From assembly GCA_031370005.1 (NCBI GenBank), contig JANMPT010000039.1, positions 1 to 64,000 of the forward strand: DNA of 64,000 bases, written 5' to 3'. The notes beneath the pieces are model-generated. The model was not told the DNA's origin. It saw only the letters and a program-made list of their open reading frames with translations, and did no database searches. Shown one piece after another: positions 21,729 through 31,185 of this stretch. Position 1 is the first letter of the stretch; each line of letters starts with the position of its first letter. Source of the DNA: Bdellovibrionales bacterium (GTDB taxonomy: Bacteria; Bdellovibrionota; Bdellovibrionia; Bdellovibrionales; Bdellovibrionaceae). A program made the translations under genes and the position numbers.

Positions 21729-24041
21729 ATGTTGAATACTGTTTGTCGCTATACAGTTAAGGTCCATCGAAAGGACCAAACAATGATAAAAATCGTGAAT
21801 GAATCCTCATTCACGATTGGTCGTTCCATGGACTGTACAATTCCACTAACAGAAGACAGCATTAGCCGCGTGCATATCGTCGTACATCGTCGTCAAGATC
21901 AGATTTGGATTGAGGATAAAGGCTCTTCCAATGGAACATTTGTGAATAATGTTCGTATCGCGCAAAATTCTTTAGTGAATGTGGTCGCCAATGATCGCAT
22001 TCGCGTAGGTAAATCAGATTACATTGTTAGTATCGCTCTTGAGGTTGTAGAAAAAGAAGACGGGTCTCCAAAAACGGTAGGCAACGCCGAAGAAACAGAA
22101 CTGCTCAGTGCGAAACAGGCACTTCAGCCGACCTTAATGCCGAAAGACAAAGCTGCGATAAAATCAGAGCAACGACCCGAGCGTCTTGAGCCAAAGCAAG
22201 AGGCAAAAGCGAAAAATGAAGCTCCTGAGTATAATAATGATCATCCGCAGTTTGAAGGCGAAAGAATTATTCACGAGGCGCACAAAAAGGCGGCACAAAT
22301 TATTTATGACGGCGAGGTGCAGGCTGAAAAGAGAGTTCAGGCCATTCACATTGAGGCCCGTGATCGTCAGGCACAAGCAGAGATTTTCTATAAAAAGAAA
22401 ATTTATGAGGCCCACAAAGAGGCTGATAATATTCTTATTACCTTTCAAAAGCAGGGCCAAGAACTTCTGGAACAGGCAAGACAATTGGCACACGAAATTC
22501 GTGATGAGATCGACTTGTTCTCTCAAAATCTTCGAGAGAAAGCTCGTAAGGAAGCGGAAGAAATTAGCGATGAGGCACGCCAAGAGGCCGAGCTGCTGAA
22601 GCAAGAGGCCTACGAGAAAGCCCGAAGCAAAGCGGAGATCGAAGCCGAAGACCTGGTTGTAAGCGCCAATGCGGAGTCTCAAGATATTTTGAACTTTGCG
22701 ACACAGCAAGCTGCCGCAATGCTAACGAAAGCCCGCACCGAAATGGAATCAGAGCTGCAGGGTCTTAAAGAACAGCTTGAGGAAAAGAAAAAGAACCTCA
22801 GCATTTTCAAAAAAGAACAAGAAGAGTTTAATATAAAAGCCCTTGGTGACCAAGAAGAGTTAGAAAGAAAGATTTTGGAGTCCAAGAGTGAGTATCAAGC
22901 ACTCTTTGAACAACTTGAAAAGGCACAACGCGAACTTAGGGAAGCGCGTACTGAGGATGGCAATCTTCAAGAAAAAATACGAGATCAGAAGAAGGCTAGT
23001 GCTGAGTTGGAACACCAAATTGGCCAACTTTACGGAGATACAAAGACTCTTGAGAGAAAAAACAAAGAGCTACAGGAGCATTTGGGTCACTTTAGTTTAG
23101 ATATTCAGGCGGCGGAAGAAAAAAAGAAAATGATGGAAAACGATTTAACTCAACAAAAGGCACTTCTTAGTGAGCGTCTTGAAAAAGAAAGCCAACAAAT
23201 AATTAATGAGTCAGAAGAACGGATTCAGGAATCCCAACTAGAGATGAACAAACGCTTGCAAAAGCTTGAACGCGAAATGTTAGAAGAGATCATGGGTCGT
23301 AAAGAAACCTTGGTTAAAGACATCATCGTAATTATCGAAACGCGCATTGCGAAGGTTTTAGAGCCTGCGAAATGGGATCTGGTTTCGAGTCAAATTTTTG
23401 AAGGCATTTCTGAGACTCTCGAAGGAAAGTCAGTTAGTTTCAGCGAAAATACAAAGGCGCCAAAGCAGTCGGCTTCTTTACAAAGAAAGAAAAAGAGAGA
23501 TAACCTTCGTTGGATGACAGGTGGAATCACGGCTGGAATTGTTGTTTCTTTCTTAGGGTTACATACTTACAGTAGAATTTTGAGAGATAAGAGCCCAATG
23601 AGAACGATTGCGGCTGAGGAAAGTCGCAAGCGGCAAGAGGATCTTGATCGTCGCAAGTTTAATCCGACTCAGGTGACTGAGATTAAAGATACCTATACAG
23701 ATGCAGTTATTTACACCTCAGGCTTTGTGGCGGCATATCAAAATCCAGTATATCAGCAGAAGCTTTATAAAGCCGCGTCCGCATATTTGTTAAAAACTTG
23801 GCGTGTGGATGAAGACAAATCTATTCAAGTACTTTCAATGTCAAGTGCCTTGATCAAAGAGTTGAATGACAGGAGACAAAGCATTCATCCCGATTATATC
23901 AAAGATGGTATTGCAAAAATGCACGCACTTGAAAAAGAAAGTTTAGATAGGATGAAGATTCTTTTGGGCTCAGAAGTACGCCTAGAGTCTTACCGACGGT
24001 TCGAAAGAAAATTTTTCGAATCCGAGATTCTAAGGAAATAA
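21729..24041 (+). CDS. FHA-domain, long coiled-coil, single-TM protein
   Basis: FHA motifs IGR, SRVH, SSNGT; E/K/A-rich heptads; TM WMTGGITAGIVVSFLGL near the C-terminus. Confidence 0.85.
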   Translation: MLNTVCRYTVKVHRKDQTMIKIVNESSFTIGRSMDCTIPLTEDSISRVHIVVHRRQDQIWIEDKGSSNGTFVNNVRIAQNSLVNVVANDRIRVGKSDYIVSIALEVVEKEDGSPKTVGNAEETELLSAKQALQPTLMPKDKAAIKSEQRPERLEPKQEAKAKNEAPEYNNDHPQFEGERIIHEAHKKAAQIIYDGEVQAEKRVQAIHIEARDRQAQAEIFYKKKIYEAHKEADNILITFQKQGQELLEQARQLAHEIRDEIDLFSQNLREKARKEAEEISDEARQEAELLKQEAYEKARSKAEIEAEDLVVSANAESQDILNFATQQAAAMLTKARTEMESELQGLKEQLEEKKKNLSIFKKEQEEFNIKALGDQEELERKILESKSEYQALFEQLEKAQRELREARTEDGNLQEKIRDQKKASAELEHQIGQLYGDTKTLERKNKELQEHLGHFSLDIQAAEEKKKMMENDLTQQKALLSERLEKESQQIINESEERIQESQLEMNKRLQKLEREMLEEIMGRKETLVKDIIVIIETRIAKVLEPAKWDLVSSQIFEGISETLEGKSVSFSENTKAPKQSASLQRKKKRDNLRWMTGGITAGIVVSFLGLHTYSRILRDKSPMRTIAAEESRKRQEDLDRRKFNPTQVTEIKDTYTDAVIYTSGFVAAYQNPVYQQKLYKAASAYLLKTWRVDEDKSIQVLSMSSALIKELNDRRQSIHPDYIKDGIAKMHALEKESLDRMKILLGSEVRLESYRRFERKFFESEILRK

Positions 24042-24051
24042 GCTGCTTGTT

Positions 24052-24840
24052 TCAACGATGTTTTTTTCGAAGCTCATTGTATTCTTGAAGCTTTCGAATG
24101 CACTGCTGTAGTACAGTTTCGAGAATCATCCATTCTTTTTTGGTAGGAGTATTTTGCAGAAGCATTCTGCGCAGTACAGTGTAGGCATTCATTTTCTTTT
24201 TTGACAGATCAAAACCCAGTTCTAAAAGTAAGGTTCTGAGTGTTTCATCAGGATTGATACCTTCAATACCTTGGGGTACTCGCCGTTGATCTCCGCCGTC
24301 AAGCGGTGTGCGCTCTCTGCCGCCCCAGATTTTACGCAGTGAGAACATTGCAAGTAGGGTGGCCTGGGCAAGGTTTAAACTCCAGTTATCACCAAAGGTT
24401 GGAATGCAGGCGCAGAAGTTTGCGATTTCAAGGTCTGCATTGCTTAAGCCCCAGTCTTCGGGGCCGAAAATCAAATGAACAGGGTAAGGAGTCTGATCCT
24501 CGTTTTTAGATTGAAACTGAGGAGATTTTTCCTTGATATCTGAAAGGATGTCATCGATGTCGCGAACTTGACGACCTCTACCATCACGAGCTGAAAAACA
24601 GATTTTAATACTTTCGGACTCATTTTTTAAAAACTCAGCCCATGTATTATACGTAATGCGGTTTTGTAATCCAGCCTGGCCAGTGGCTGCGGTTTGTTGG
24701 GCTTCGTAGGTAATTTCGCACTGGGGATCGACAAGAACTAAATGATCAAAGCCCATATTGCTCATCGCACGAGAGGTCGCGCCAATGTTGCGTTCATAAA
24801 TGGTGCGAACAAGAACAATGCGGACTTCAAAGCTGCGCAT
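24052..24840 (-). CDS. SPOUT RNA methyltransferase (TrmJ/LasT family)
   Basis: NIGATSRAMSNMG, IFGPEDWGL, SLNLAQA. Confidence 0.9.
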   Translation of the reverse strand: MRSFEVRIVLVRTIYERNIGATSRAMSNMGFDHLVLVDPQCEITYEAQQTAATGQAGLQNRITYNTWAEFLKNESESIKICFSARDGRGRQVRDIDDILSDIKEKSPQFQSKNEDQTPYPVHLIFGPEDWGLSNADLEIANFCACIPTFGDNWSLNLAQATLLAMFSLRKIWGGRERTPLDGGDQRRVPQGIEGINPDETLRTLLLELGFDLSKKKMNAYTVLRRMLLQNTPTKKEWMILETVLQQCIRKLQEYNELRKKHR

Positions 24841-26566
24841 GTGCTAAACCATCCCGAATCATTGAGCTCACCTTGGGATACTGAGCTGCAAGCATTTCAA
24901 GATCTTCATGTAGTTTTTGCCTTAGATTTGTACCTGGAGCTCGACTAACAAGCAGCTCATAAGCTTCGAGTCTTAACAGCCAATCTGTTTTAAATTTTTG
25001 ATCGTGCTTCATTAAAATGTTACGCAATCTGCTTTCTAGTTCCTCACCCTGGATTTTTTGCTCACGAATTTCGCGAATATTCGCATACTGCACGTGGAAT
25101 AGCTTTTCCTCATCAGAGTAAACGCGTTGAGGAACGCGGCTAGCAAGGAAGTCGTCGGTTTCGCCAAAGGCCTCGCGGTCAGCAGGGCCGCCAAAAACTG
25201 AGGGCACGGAGGAGCCAATGACCATATCAAAAGTTCCCCAGGAGGGATCAAAAAGAACGCGATCTTGATAAGTAGCCTTTGCATTGGTCAAAGATAAGAT
25301 AATGGTTTTACCTTCCTGCTCCACGCGGCCATTGAAGGTCCCTGTCACATGAATGCCACTGGTGAATTCGAGGTCTAATTTTTTACCAGGGGCCGCGCTG
25401 AGTAAATCCCACTGGCTGTCAGAAAGCTCTGAAGGGCAAATGTTGGGGAAGTTTTTGAGTTTTCCGATGGGTGTTCCAAAGCCCTGAGAATGATAAGCAG
25501 TTCCATGGCCATGGAGTTCCACATTTTTATAGGACAGTTGGCAAGGGCCTTGGAAGCGCAGGTAGGCCACTTCTAGTGAGGGATGCGGCGGAGTTAGGGC
25601 TTCAATCGCAACGCCCGAGATTTGAATTCCAGAGTTGAGTTGTATGGTATTTACAGATTCAGCCCGAATGGCTTTTTGTACACTAATCAAGCCGCCATTG
25701 CGGAAGGCCATTTGATCCGCCATTTCGTTTAGGACCTTCACGAGAGTCTTGAAATCAGGAGTCACAAATAACAGAGGCTGAGGCTCCGTGATATCATAAC
25801 CCTGTTTAATGCAAGCGATAGTGAGAGGAACCTTTTTCACTGTGTCACTCAAGTACCATTTGGCCTCGCCGACACTCGAAAGTAGACCAGCTCCCAAAAT
25901 CTTAGGATTTTTTATTTCGCCGATAAGACCATACTCTGCGGTCCACCAATTCATACGGCCAAGTTCGGCGGCTTCAGAAATATATTTAATATTCTTCGCG
26001 ACTCTTTCGAGCTTTTCTTCAGATGCTTTGATTTGTTCAGGTGAGGAGGAAGGGCTTTCTTTGATGTCAGAAAGCTCGCGAATGGCTTCGTAGAGGTCGA
26101 TATCTTCTTTGCTAATAATTGCATTGCGAGAAACCTGAGCATACTGACGAAGATAGTCGGCAAACTCTGGATTTGCCAAAATCGGGGCATGGCCTGCAGC
26201 TTCATGAACGATATCTGGAGCTGGAGTGTATTGCAAATGCTCCAGAGTACGCATATCAGTAGCCACGGGTAGAATACCCAAAGATTGAAGCTCCATAAAG
26301 GCCGCTGGCGGAATGAAACCACTGACTGGTATAGCTCTCCAGCCAAACTTTTGCAGTTTGGCACTGATTTTTTCTATATGGGGAATGCTCTCGATTTCAA
26401 TTCCGGTTTTCTCAAGGCCCTCAAGATAAGACTCATGGGCATGGACAGATAAAAAAGCCGTCAGTTGACGTAAAACATAACGCCAAGAAGCCTGCTCCAC
26501 TGGTGTGTATTTAGTATAATTTTGCTCAACAACGTATTTGCGAAGGTGTTGTGGAAGGGTTTCCAT
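24827..26566 (-). CDS. phhA: Phenylalanine 4-hydroxylase, long form with C-terminal extension
   Basis: YTPAPDIVHEAAGH iron ligands, WWTAEYGLI, GAGLLSS, YDITEPQP. Confidence 0.9.
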   Translation of the reverse strand: METLPQHLRKYVVEQNYTKYTPVEQASWRYVLRQLTAFLSVHAHESYLEGLEKTGIEIESIPHIEKISAKLQKFGWRAIPVSGFIPPAAFMELQSLGILPVATDMRTLEHLQYTPAPDIVHEAAGHAPILANPEFADYLRQYAQVSRNAIISKEDIDLYEAIRELSDIKESPSSSPEQIKASEEKLERVAKNIKYISEAAELGRMNWWTAEYGLIGEIKNPKILGAGLLSSVGEAKWYLSDTVKKVPLTIACIKQGYDITEPQPLLFVTPDFKTLVKVLNEMADQMAFRNGGLISVQKAIRAESVNTIQLNSGIQISGVAIEALTPPHPSLEVAYLRFQGPCQLSYKNVELHGHGTAYHSQGFGTPIGKLKNFPNICPSELSDSQWDLLSAAPGKKLDLEFTSGIHVTGTFNGRVEQEGKTIILSLTNAKATYQDRVLFDPSWGTFDMVIGSSVPSVFGGPADREAFGETDDFLASRVPQRVYSDEEKLFHVQYANIREIREQKIQGEELESRLRNILMKHDQKFKTDWLLRLEAYELLVSRAPGTNLRQKLHEDLEMLAAQYPKVSSMIRDGLAHAQL

Positions 26567-26576
26567 CTATTGTCCT

Positions 26577-27545
26577 TTACAGCCAAGGGTCTAACTTCGT
26601 GAGATAGTTTCTCACGTAGTCGTCTACTGCTTTTTCTAGAGGCCATTTGGCGGGGCTCATCCCGGCTTTCAACCATTTTTCGGTTTTTGCTTCTGTGTAA
26701 TACTGATACTGATCTCGGATATTTTTGGGCATTTCCAGCCAATTGATTTTCAATGGCTTATCCAGGGCCGCAAACATAGCATTTGCAAGATCTAGCCAAG
26801 TACGAGGCTTGCCAAAGCCCATATTGTAAACGCCATTGACTGGCTTTTTTTCCATAAGTTCCGACATCCAACAAGTTATGTCCTTCACGTAAACAAAGTC
26901 ACGCATGAACTCCCCGTCTTTGTATTTCGGATTCGCTGATTTAAATAAACCCAATGAGCTATTTTCTTTTATTTGATTAAAAGCCTTAAACGCAACGCTC
27001 GACATAAAGTCTTTGTGGTATTCATTGGGACCAAAGACATTAAAAAACTTCAAACCATACCAGAGTGGAGGAGTGTGAGTTTGCCTCACCGCCCAGCGAT
27101 CAAAAAGGACTTTTGACTCTCCATAAAGATTTAAAGGCTTTAACTCCTCAGGATCTGTCATGTCGTCAAAACCCAATTCGCCGGAACCATAGGTTGCTGC
27201 TGAACTTGCGTAGATCAGATTTTTTTTAAATTGCGTGCACCACTCAAAGATTCTTTGAGTGAAATAGGTATTGTTTTCCCACAGAAAATCCTTATCTGTT
27301 TCAGTGGTAGAGGAGCAGGCACCCATATGAATAATCCAAGTCACTTTATCTTGGGCCTCTTTACTATCAAGGAAAGGCCAGAGTTCGTCTTTGAGTAAGA
27401 ATTTGGAGTACTCTCTGTGCTTCAGAACATTGCGGGCTTCAAGGCCGACTGAATCAACGCAGACAATATCAGTATTGCCCTTTTGATTGAGTTCCCAAAC
27501 CATTGCACTGCCAATAAACCCATTTGCTCCAGTTACTACAATCAC
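26577..27545 (-). CDS. hldD: ADP-L-glycero-D-manno-heptose 6-epimerase
   Basis: VTGANGFIG, GACSSTTE, YASSAATYG, PLNLYGESK, RDFVYV. Confidence 0.95.
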   Translation of the reverse strand: MIVVTGANGFIGSAMVWELNQKGNTDIVCVDSVGLEARNVLKHREYSKFLLKDELWPFLDSKEAQDKVTWIIHMGACSSTTETDKDFLWENNTYFTQRIFEWCTQFKKNLIYASSAATYGSGELGFDDMTDPEELKPLNLYGESKVLFDRWAVRQTHTPPLWYGLKFFNVFGPNEYHKDFMSSVAFKAFNQIKENSSLGLFKSANPKYKDGEFMRDFVYVKDITCWMSELMEKKPVNGVYNMGFGKPRTWLDLANAMFAALDKPLKINWLEMPKNIRDQYQYYTEAKTEKWLKAGMSPAKWPLEKAVDDYVRNYLTKLDPWL

Positions 27546-27688
27546 CAGGTATTCTCCTTAATCTTGCTTTTTACAATGTAGATAATTCACGATCTAAACT
27601 CAAGGTGCAAAGCCCCTAGTCAGCACTGAATTTTCTTTAAAACATCCATGCTGAAGACCACTAGAGTCGAGCTGGAGCAAAAAAAGGG

Positions 27689-27704
27689 CGGCACAGGGGT
27701 TGCT
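27689..27704 (+). promoter_or_regulatory. Putative sigma54 (-24/-12) promoter for the S41 protease
   Basis: CGGCAC-AGGGG-TTGCT matches YGGCAC-N5-TTGCW. Confidence 0.6.
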
Positions 27705-27734
27705 AATTCTGAGCCTCATCGGAGGGCGTTTTAC

Positions 27735-29306
27735 GTGCTAAAAAGACCGAGTTTCATAGTTGCTGTTTTGCTGACGCTAATTGTTGCGGGGACTTTTGTT
27801 GTCAATAGCAAAACACAGAAACTTTCCAAGGTAAAAACAGCAGAGGAGTACTGGGCTGAGACAGGCCTCAGTTCTGAAACGCTCGAGGAACTATTGCAAG
27901 AGGGGTCTTGCAATAGTTCTGAGCGTTATTTCTTTGCCTGTGTTGCTTCTGTGCAGTCGGTAGCGCAGAAGTATGGATTAGACCTCACCACTGAGGGGCA
28001 GCTAGTGCCAGTGTCGAAATCCCAAAGCCAATCCTCTACTCATCTTTTTAGTGAGAGGGAAGTCTTGGCTCCTTGGAAGGTTTTCCTTTCTTCTCAGTCT
28101 CAAATTCCTAATATTCCATTCCTTAAGATTTGGAGAGAACTTCTCGAGAAACATATTAAGCCCAAGCAAGTAAGTTTTGCGGTGGGTATTGGAATGAATG
28201 GGTTTTTATCTATTTTCCGTGATCCTCATACGTATCTACTTCCAGCAAAGATGTATAGTGAGGTGGTATCGAAGGCCAATCACAGGAGTCTTTCTATCGG
28301 TGTCGTAATTGGTCGCGATGAGGATCAATACTTCGTAAAAAAGGTGATTGCAAACTCGTCTTCATTTCTTGCGGGCCTTCATAAGGGGGATGTTATTTTG
28401 TCTGTAAATGGGCACAGGGCGGGTCCGCTTTCTGCTCAGGAGCTCAGCGACTTCCTGCGAGGCGACGAGGGAAGCGCGCTCAACTTAACAGTCCGACATC
28501 ATGGCGAGATTAAAAGTATCAATGTGATTCGCACTGAGCAGCGGCTTCCGACGGTGAGTACGCAGGTACTTGATGGTATTAAGCCCGTAGGCGTTTTAAC
28601 GATTAATAAATTTGCTATCAACGCGTGCACTGAAGTGAAGAGCGCTCTTAAAAGCCTAAAACAACAAGGTATTCAGGGTTTACTATTGGATTTGCGTGAC
28701 AATCCAGGGGGCCAAATGGAAGAGGCCACTTGTGTAACGAGTTTGTTTATTGGCCCAGGCAAAAAAGTATATCAGATCAAGCCCTTATCCGATGATATTC
28801 AACAAGAGACCTCTTATGGCGCGGAAGAGCAACAGTATCAGGGTCCAATGGCAGTATTGATTAATTCGGGCTCTGCTAGCGCCGCCGAAATTGTTGCCGG
28901 AGCATTGCAAGACTACAAGCGAGCTGTTCTTGTGGGAGAGCGAAGCTTTGGTAAAGGCTCGTTCCAAGAGGGTGAGATCTGGTCAAAAAATATAAATATC
29001 GTAATTTTCGAGACGAAAGGTTTTTACTATTTACCTTCGGGGAGGACCCCGCAGCTTGTGGGCTTAGAGCCTGATGTAAAGGTCAACTTTAAAGACAATT
29101 TTGCGCTACGTGAAGCGGATCAGTTCTGGTATCCTCTGGTGCCTGAAAACTTATCTGTTCCAATGGAGTTTGCTGCGGATTTGCAGCCGGACCTTGCGGC
29201 TTGCATTAGCTTCGACAGCGATCTGCTGTCTTCTGATGATCCAGAGATAAAAGAAGCTCATCGGGTTTTAAGTTGTCGTGGAATTGCAGAACGAGGAGCA
29301 AGATGA
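27735..29306 (+). CDS. S41 family C-terminal processing protease with PDZ domain
   Basis: DPHT, DLRDNPGG, SASAAE, SFGKG; GTG start at 27735 after GGAGG (27721), followed by a TM/signal segment. Confidence 0.92.
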   Translation: MLKRPSFIVAVLLTLIVAGTFVVNSKTQKLSKVKTAEEYWAETGLSSETLEELLQEGSCNSSERYFFACVASVQSVAQKYGLDLTTEGQLVPVSKSQSQSSTHLFSEREVLAPWKVFLSSQSQIPNIPFLKIWRELLEKHIKPKQVSFAVGIGMNGFLSIFRDPHTYLLPAKMYSEVVSKANHRSLSIGVVIGRDEDQYFVKKVIANSSSFLAGLHKGDVILSVNGHRAGPLSAQELSDFLRGDEGSALNLTVRHHGEIKSINVIRTEQRLPTVSTQVLDGIKPVGVLTINKFAINACTEVKSALKSLKQQGIQGLLLDLRDNPGGQMEEATCVTSLFIGPGKKVYQIKPLSDDIQQETSYGAEEQQYQGPMAVLINSGSASAAEIVAGALQDYKRAVLVGERSFGKGSFQEGEIWSKNINIVIFETKGFYYLPSGRTPQLVGLEPDVKVNFKDNFALREADQFWYPLVPENLSVPMEFAADLQPDLAACISFDSDLLSSDDPEIKEAHRVLSCRGIAERGAR

Positions 29307-29953
29307 TCCATACTGAGCTTTTTAAATTTAGATACATTCCGGCGAAAAAGCGTTCTGAAAAGCTAATGATAGTTTTTCATGGGAAAGGTGACAGCATCCG
29401 CCCCTTTCGGCATTTCGATGAGGAAATGAAAGTGCCTCAGATGAATTATTTATTGCTGAATGCGCCAAAGAGATTTCTTGATGGTTACTCTTGGTATGGA
29501 GATCCGCCCTATGAGCGAGAAGGTGTTATCAGGATTCGTGAAAAACTTTTTCAGCTTCTAGCAGAGCTAGAAATGCAAGGCTGGCAAAGCGAGAACATTT
29601 TTCTTTTTGGATTCTCTCAAGGCTGCTTAATCAGTGCTGATATTGGTTTGAACTATCCAAAACGCTTGGGTGGTATTGTGGGCGTTAGCGGCTACTTTCA
29701 CTTTTATCCAAGATGGCGTCAGCAGCTTTCAAAAAATACCTTGAAGACACCCTGGGTTTTCACCCATGGTCGTCGGGATGACCTTCTAAAGCTTGATGAA
29801 ACCAAGCACGGAGTTGACAAGCTTCGCACTGCTGGTTTTGACGTCGACTGGATTGAGCTCGATAAGGACCACGTTCTTACTGATGAGGAAATGCCAATGA
29901 TTCGTAAATGGGTTCGTGATCAGCTTAAAGAAAAATCAAGCATCTCGAATTGA
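29303..29953 (+). CDS. Phospholipase/carboxylesterase (alpha/beta hydrolase)
   Basis: FHGKGD, GFSQG, HGRRD and DH motifs; ATGA overlap with the upstream gene. Confidence 0.88.
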   Translation: MIHTELFKFRYIPAKKRSEKLMIVFHGKGDSIRPFRHFDEEMKVPQMNYLLLNAPKRFLDGYSWYGDPPYEREGVIRIREKLFQLLAELEMQGWQSENIFLFGFSQGCLISADIGLNYPKRLGGIVGVSGYFHFYPRWRQQLSKNTLKTPWVFTHGRRDDLLKLDETKHGVDKLRTAGFDVDWIELDKDHVLTDEEMPMIRKWVRDQLKEKSSISN

Positions 29954-31129
29954 TCAATTTTTAACCGTCAAGTTGCCCTTGGCAGTGACACTAAGGGCTT
30001 CAATCATTTGCGGCAAATCAAAGATGTTTACGAATTGAATAGTCAGTTTTTTATTTTTAACGACTCTTGTTCTTGAATCCGATGTCACGACCCAGTTCGG
30101 CCCCTTTGAATAGCTTTTTCTAAAAATATAAAGATTGTCATCTTCAAAGTGCTTCTCTTGCCACTTGCATTCAATAGAAAGAACTGTGTCCCGAGCTAAA
30201 GGCAGTACAAAATCAATCTCGTGCTGATTTTTTGTTCGCCAATAATGGAGCTGATTTCCATGTCCCTGAGATTGAAAAGTTTCAAGGACTAGGTTTTCCA
30301 GGTAGACACCGTAGTCTTCGTTGCGAGGCTCGTGGATTCCTTTTACAAAACAACTAAATCCCGTGTCAAATCCATATACTTTTGGCTGGCTAACAATTTC
30401 CTGTAATGGGTTGGTAGAAAATGGCTTTAGGAGACTTATCGTCTTGGTGCTTTCTAAAATATCAAGGTATTTAATTGTTGTGGGTCTTGTTACTCCGCTG
30501 GCTTGCGCTAACTTCGTGATTTCAAACTGGCTTCCGTTAGCAATGAGTAAGTACTCAAGAACTTTCAAAAACGGTTGTCGCTTTTCGACAGCAAAAAGCT
30601 CTTGGACATCTCGGGCATAAAACGAATCCATCCACTCGGAAAAAAAATCGTTATCCACGTTTTCGCCTAATAAAGATGGCGGAAGACCCCCATGTAAAAT
30701 CCTTTTTTTAAGTGTGCTGCGAAAGTCTGCAAGTTCACTAACCAGAACTGGTAAAAAGTGAAGATTTCTTTTTCGATCAGTAAGGGAGTCCTTAAACTTC
30801 TTACTAGCAATCAAGGTGGATGAACCTGTAGCGAGTATTTTTTTATCTTTAAAATGATCAGCGCCTATTTTCAAAAGCATGGAGGCTTCGGGAAGTTGAT
30901 GAATTTCGTCAAATATGACAGTTTTCGTTTTGAGATTTTTATAAAAATCTTCGGGGTCTTCAAGACGTTTTTGTTCGCTAGGGAGATCGCAGTTGATAAA
31001 GGTGGAATCAGGGATAGAAGCGGCAAGAGTTGTCTTACCAGAGCGACGGACGCCAGCGAGCCATACGATGGGCCTTTTCGACCAGGATTTCTGTATTTTT
31101 TGAAGCCAAAATGTCCTCTTTATATCCAT
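29954..31129 (-). CDS. AAA_14 ATPase with DUF4143 and C-terminal PD-(D/E)xK-like motif
   Basis: GVRRSGKT, FDEIH, TGSS, GGLP, PKVYGFDTG, EIDFV..IECK. Confidence 0.9.
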   Translation of the reverse strand: MDIKRTFWLQKIQKSWSKRPIVWLAGVRRSGKTTLAASIPDSTFINCDLPSEQKRLEDPEDFYKNLKTKTVIFDEIHQLPEASMLLKIGADHFKDKKILATGSSTLIASKKFKDSLTDRKRNLHFLPVLVSELADFRSTLKKRILHGGLPPSLLGENVDNDFFSEWMDSFYARDVQELFAVEKRQPFLKVLEYLLIANGSQFEITKLAQASGVTRPTTIKYLDILESTKTISLLKPFSTNPLQEIVSQPKVYGFDTGFSCFVKGIHEPRNEDYGVYLENLVLETFQSQGHGNQLHYWRTKNQHEIDFVLPLARDTVLSIECKWQEKHFEDDNLYIFRKSYSKGPNWVVTSDSRTRVVKNKKLTIQFVNIFDLPQMIEALSVTAKGNLTVKN

Positions 31130-31172
31130 AAGTATACTTTACATATAGTATTACTATATGTAAAGTATACTT
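31130..31172. promoter_or_regulatory. 43-bp palindrome containing a symmetric sigma70-like promoter, abutting the AAA gene ATG
   Basis: AAGTATACTTTACATATAGTA-T-TACTATATGTAAAGTATACTT; TTTACA-N17-TAAAGT readable on both strands. Confidence 0.75.
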
Positions 31173-31185
31173 TCACTAAGAAAGG

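Noticed and set aside
22164..23100. Several alternative-frame and antisense ORFs inside the FHA gene, and similar short ORFs across the window
   Set aside because: Fully nested in well-supported CDSs; typical shadow ORFs from biased codon usage
27571..27585. TTACAATGTAG as a possible LexA box upstream of hldD
   Set aside because: Single imperfect short match in AT-rich DNA, expected by chance
27648..27734. N-terminal extension of the S41 ORF (similarly 96-155, 13584-13676, 47930-48094, 49099-49155)
   Set aside because: Downstream starts have a better RBS, overlap or promoter context; the extensions cover promoters or neighbouring genes
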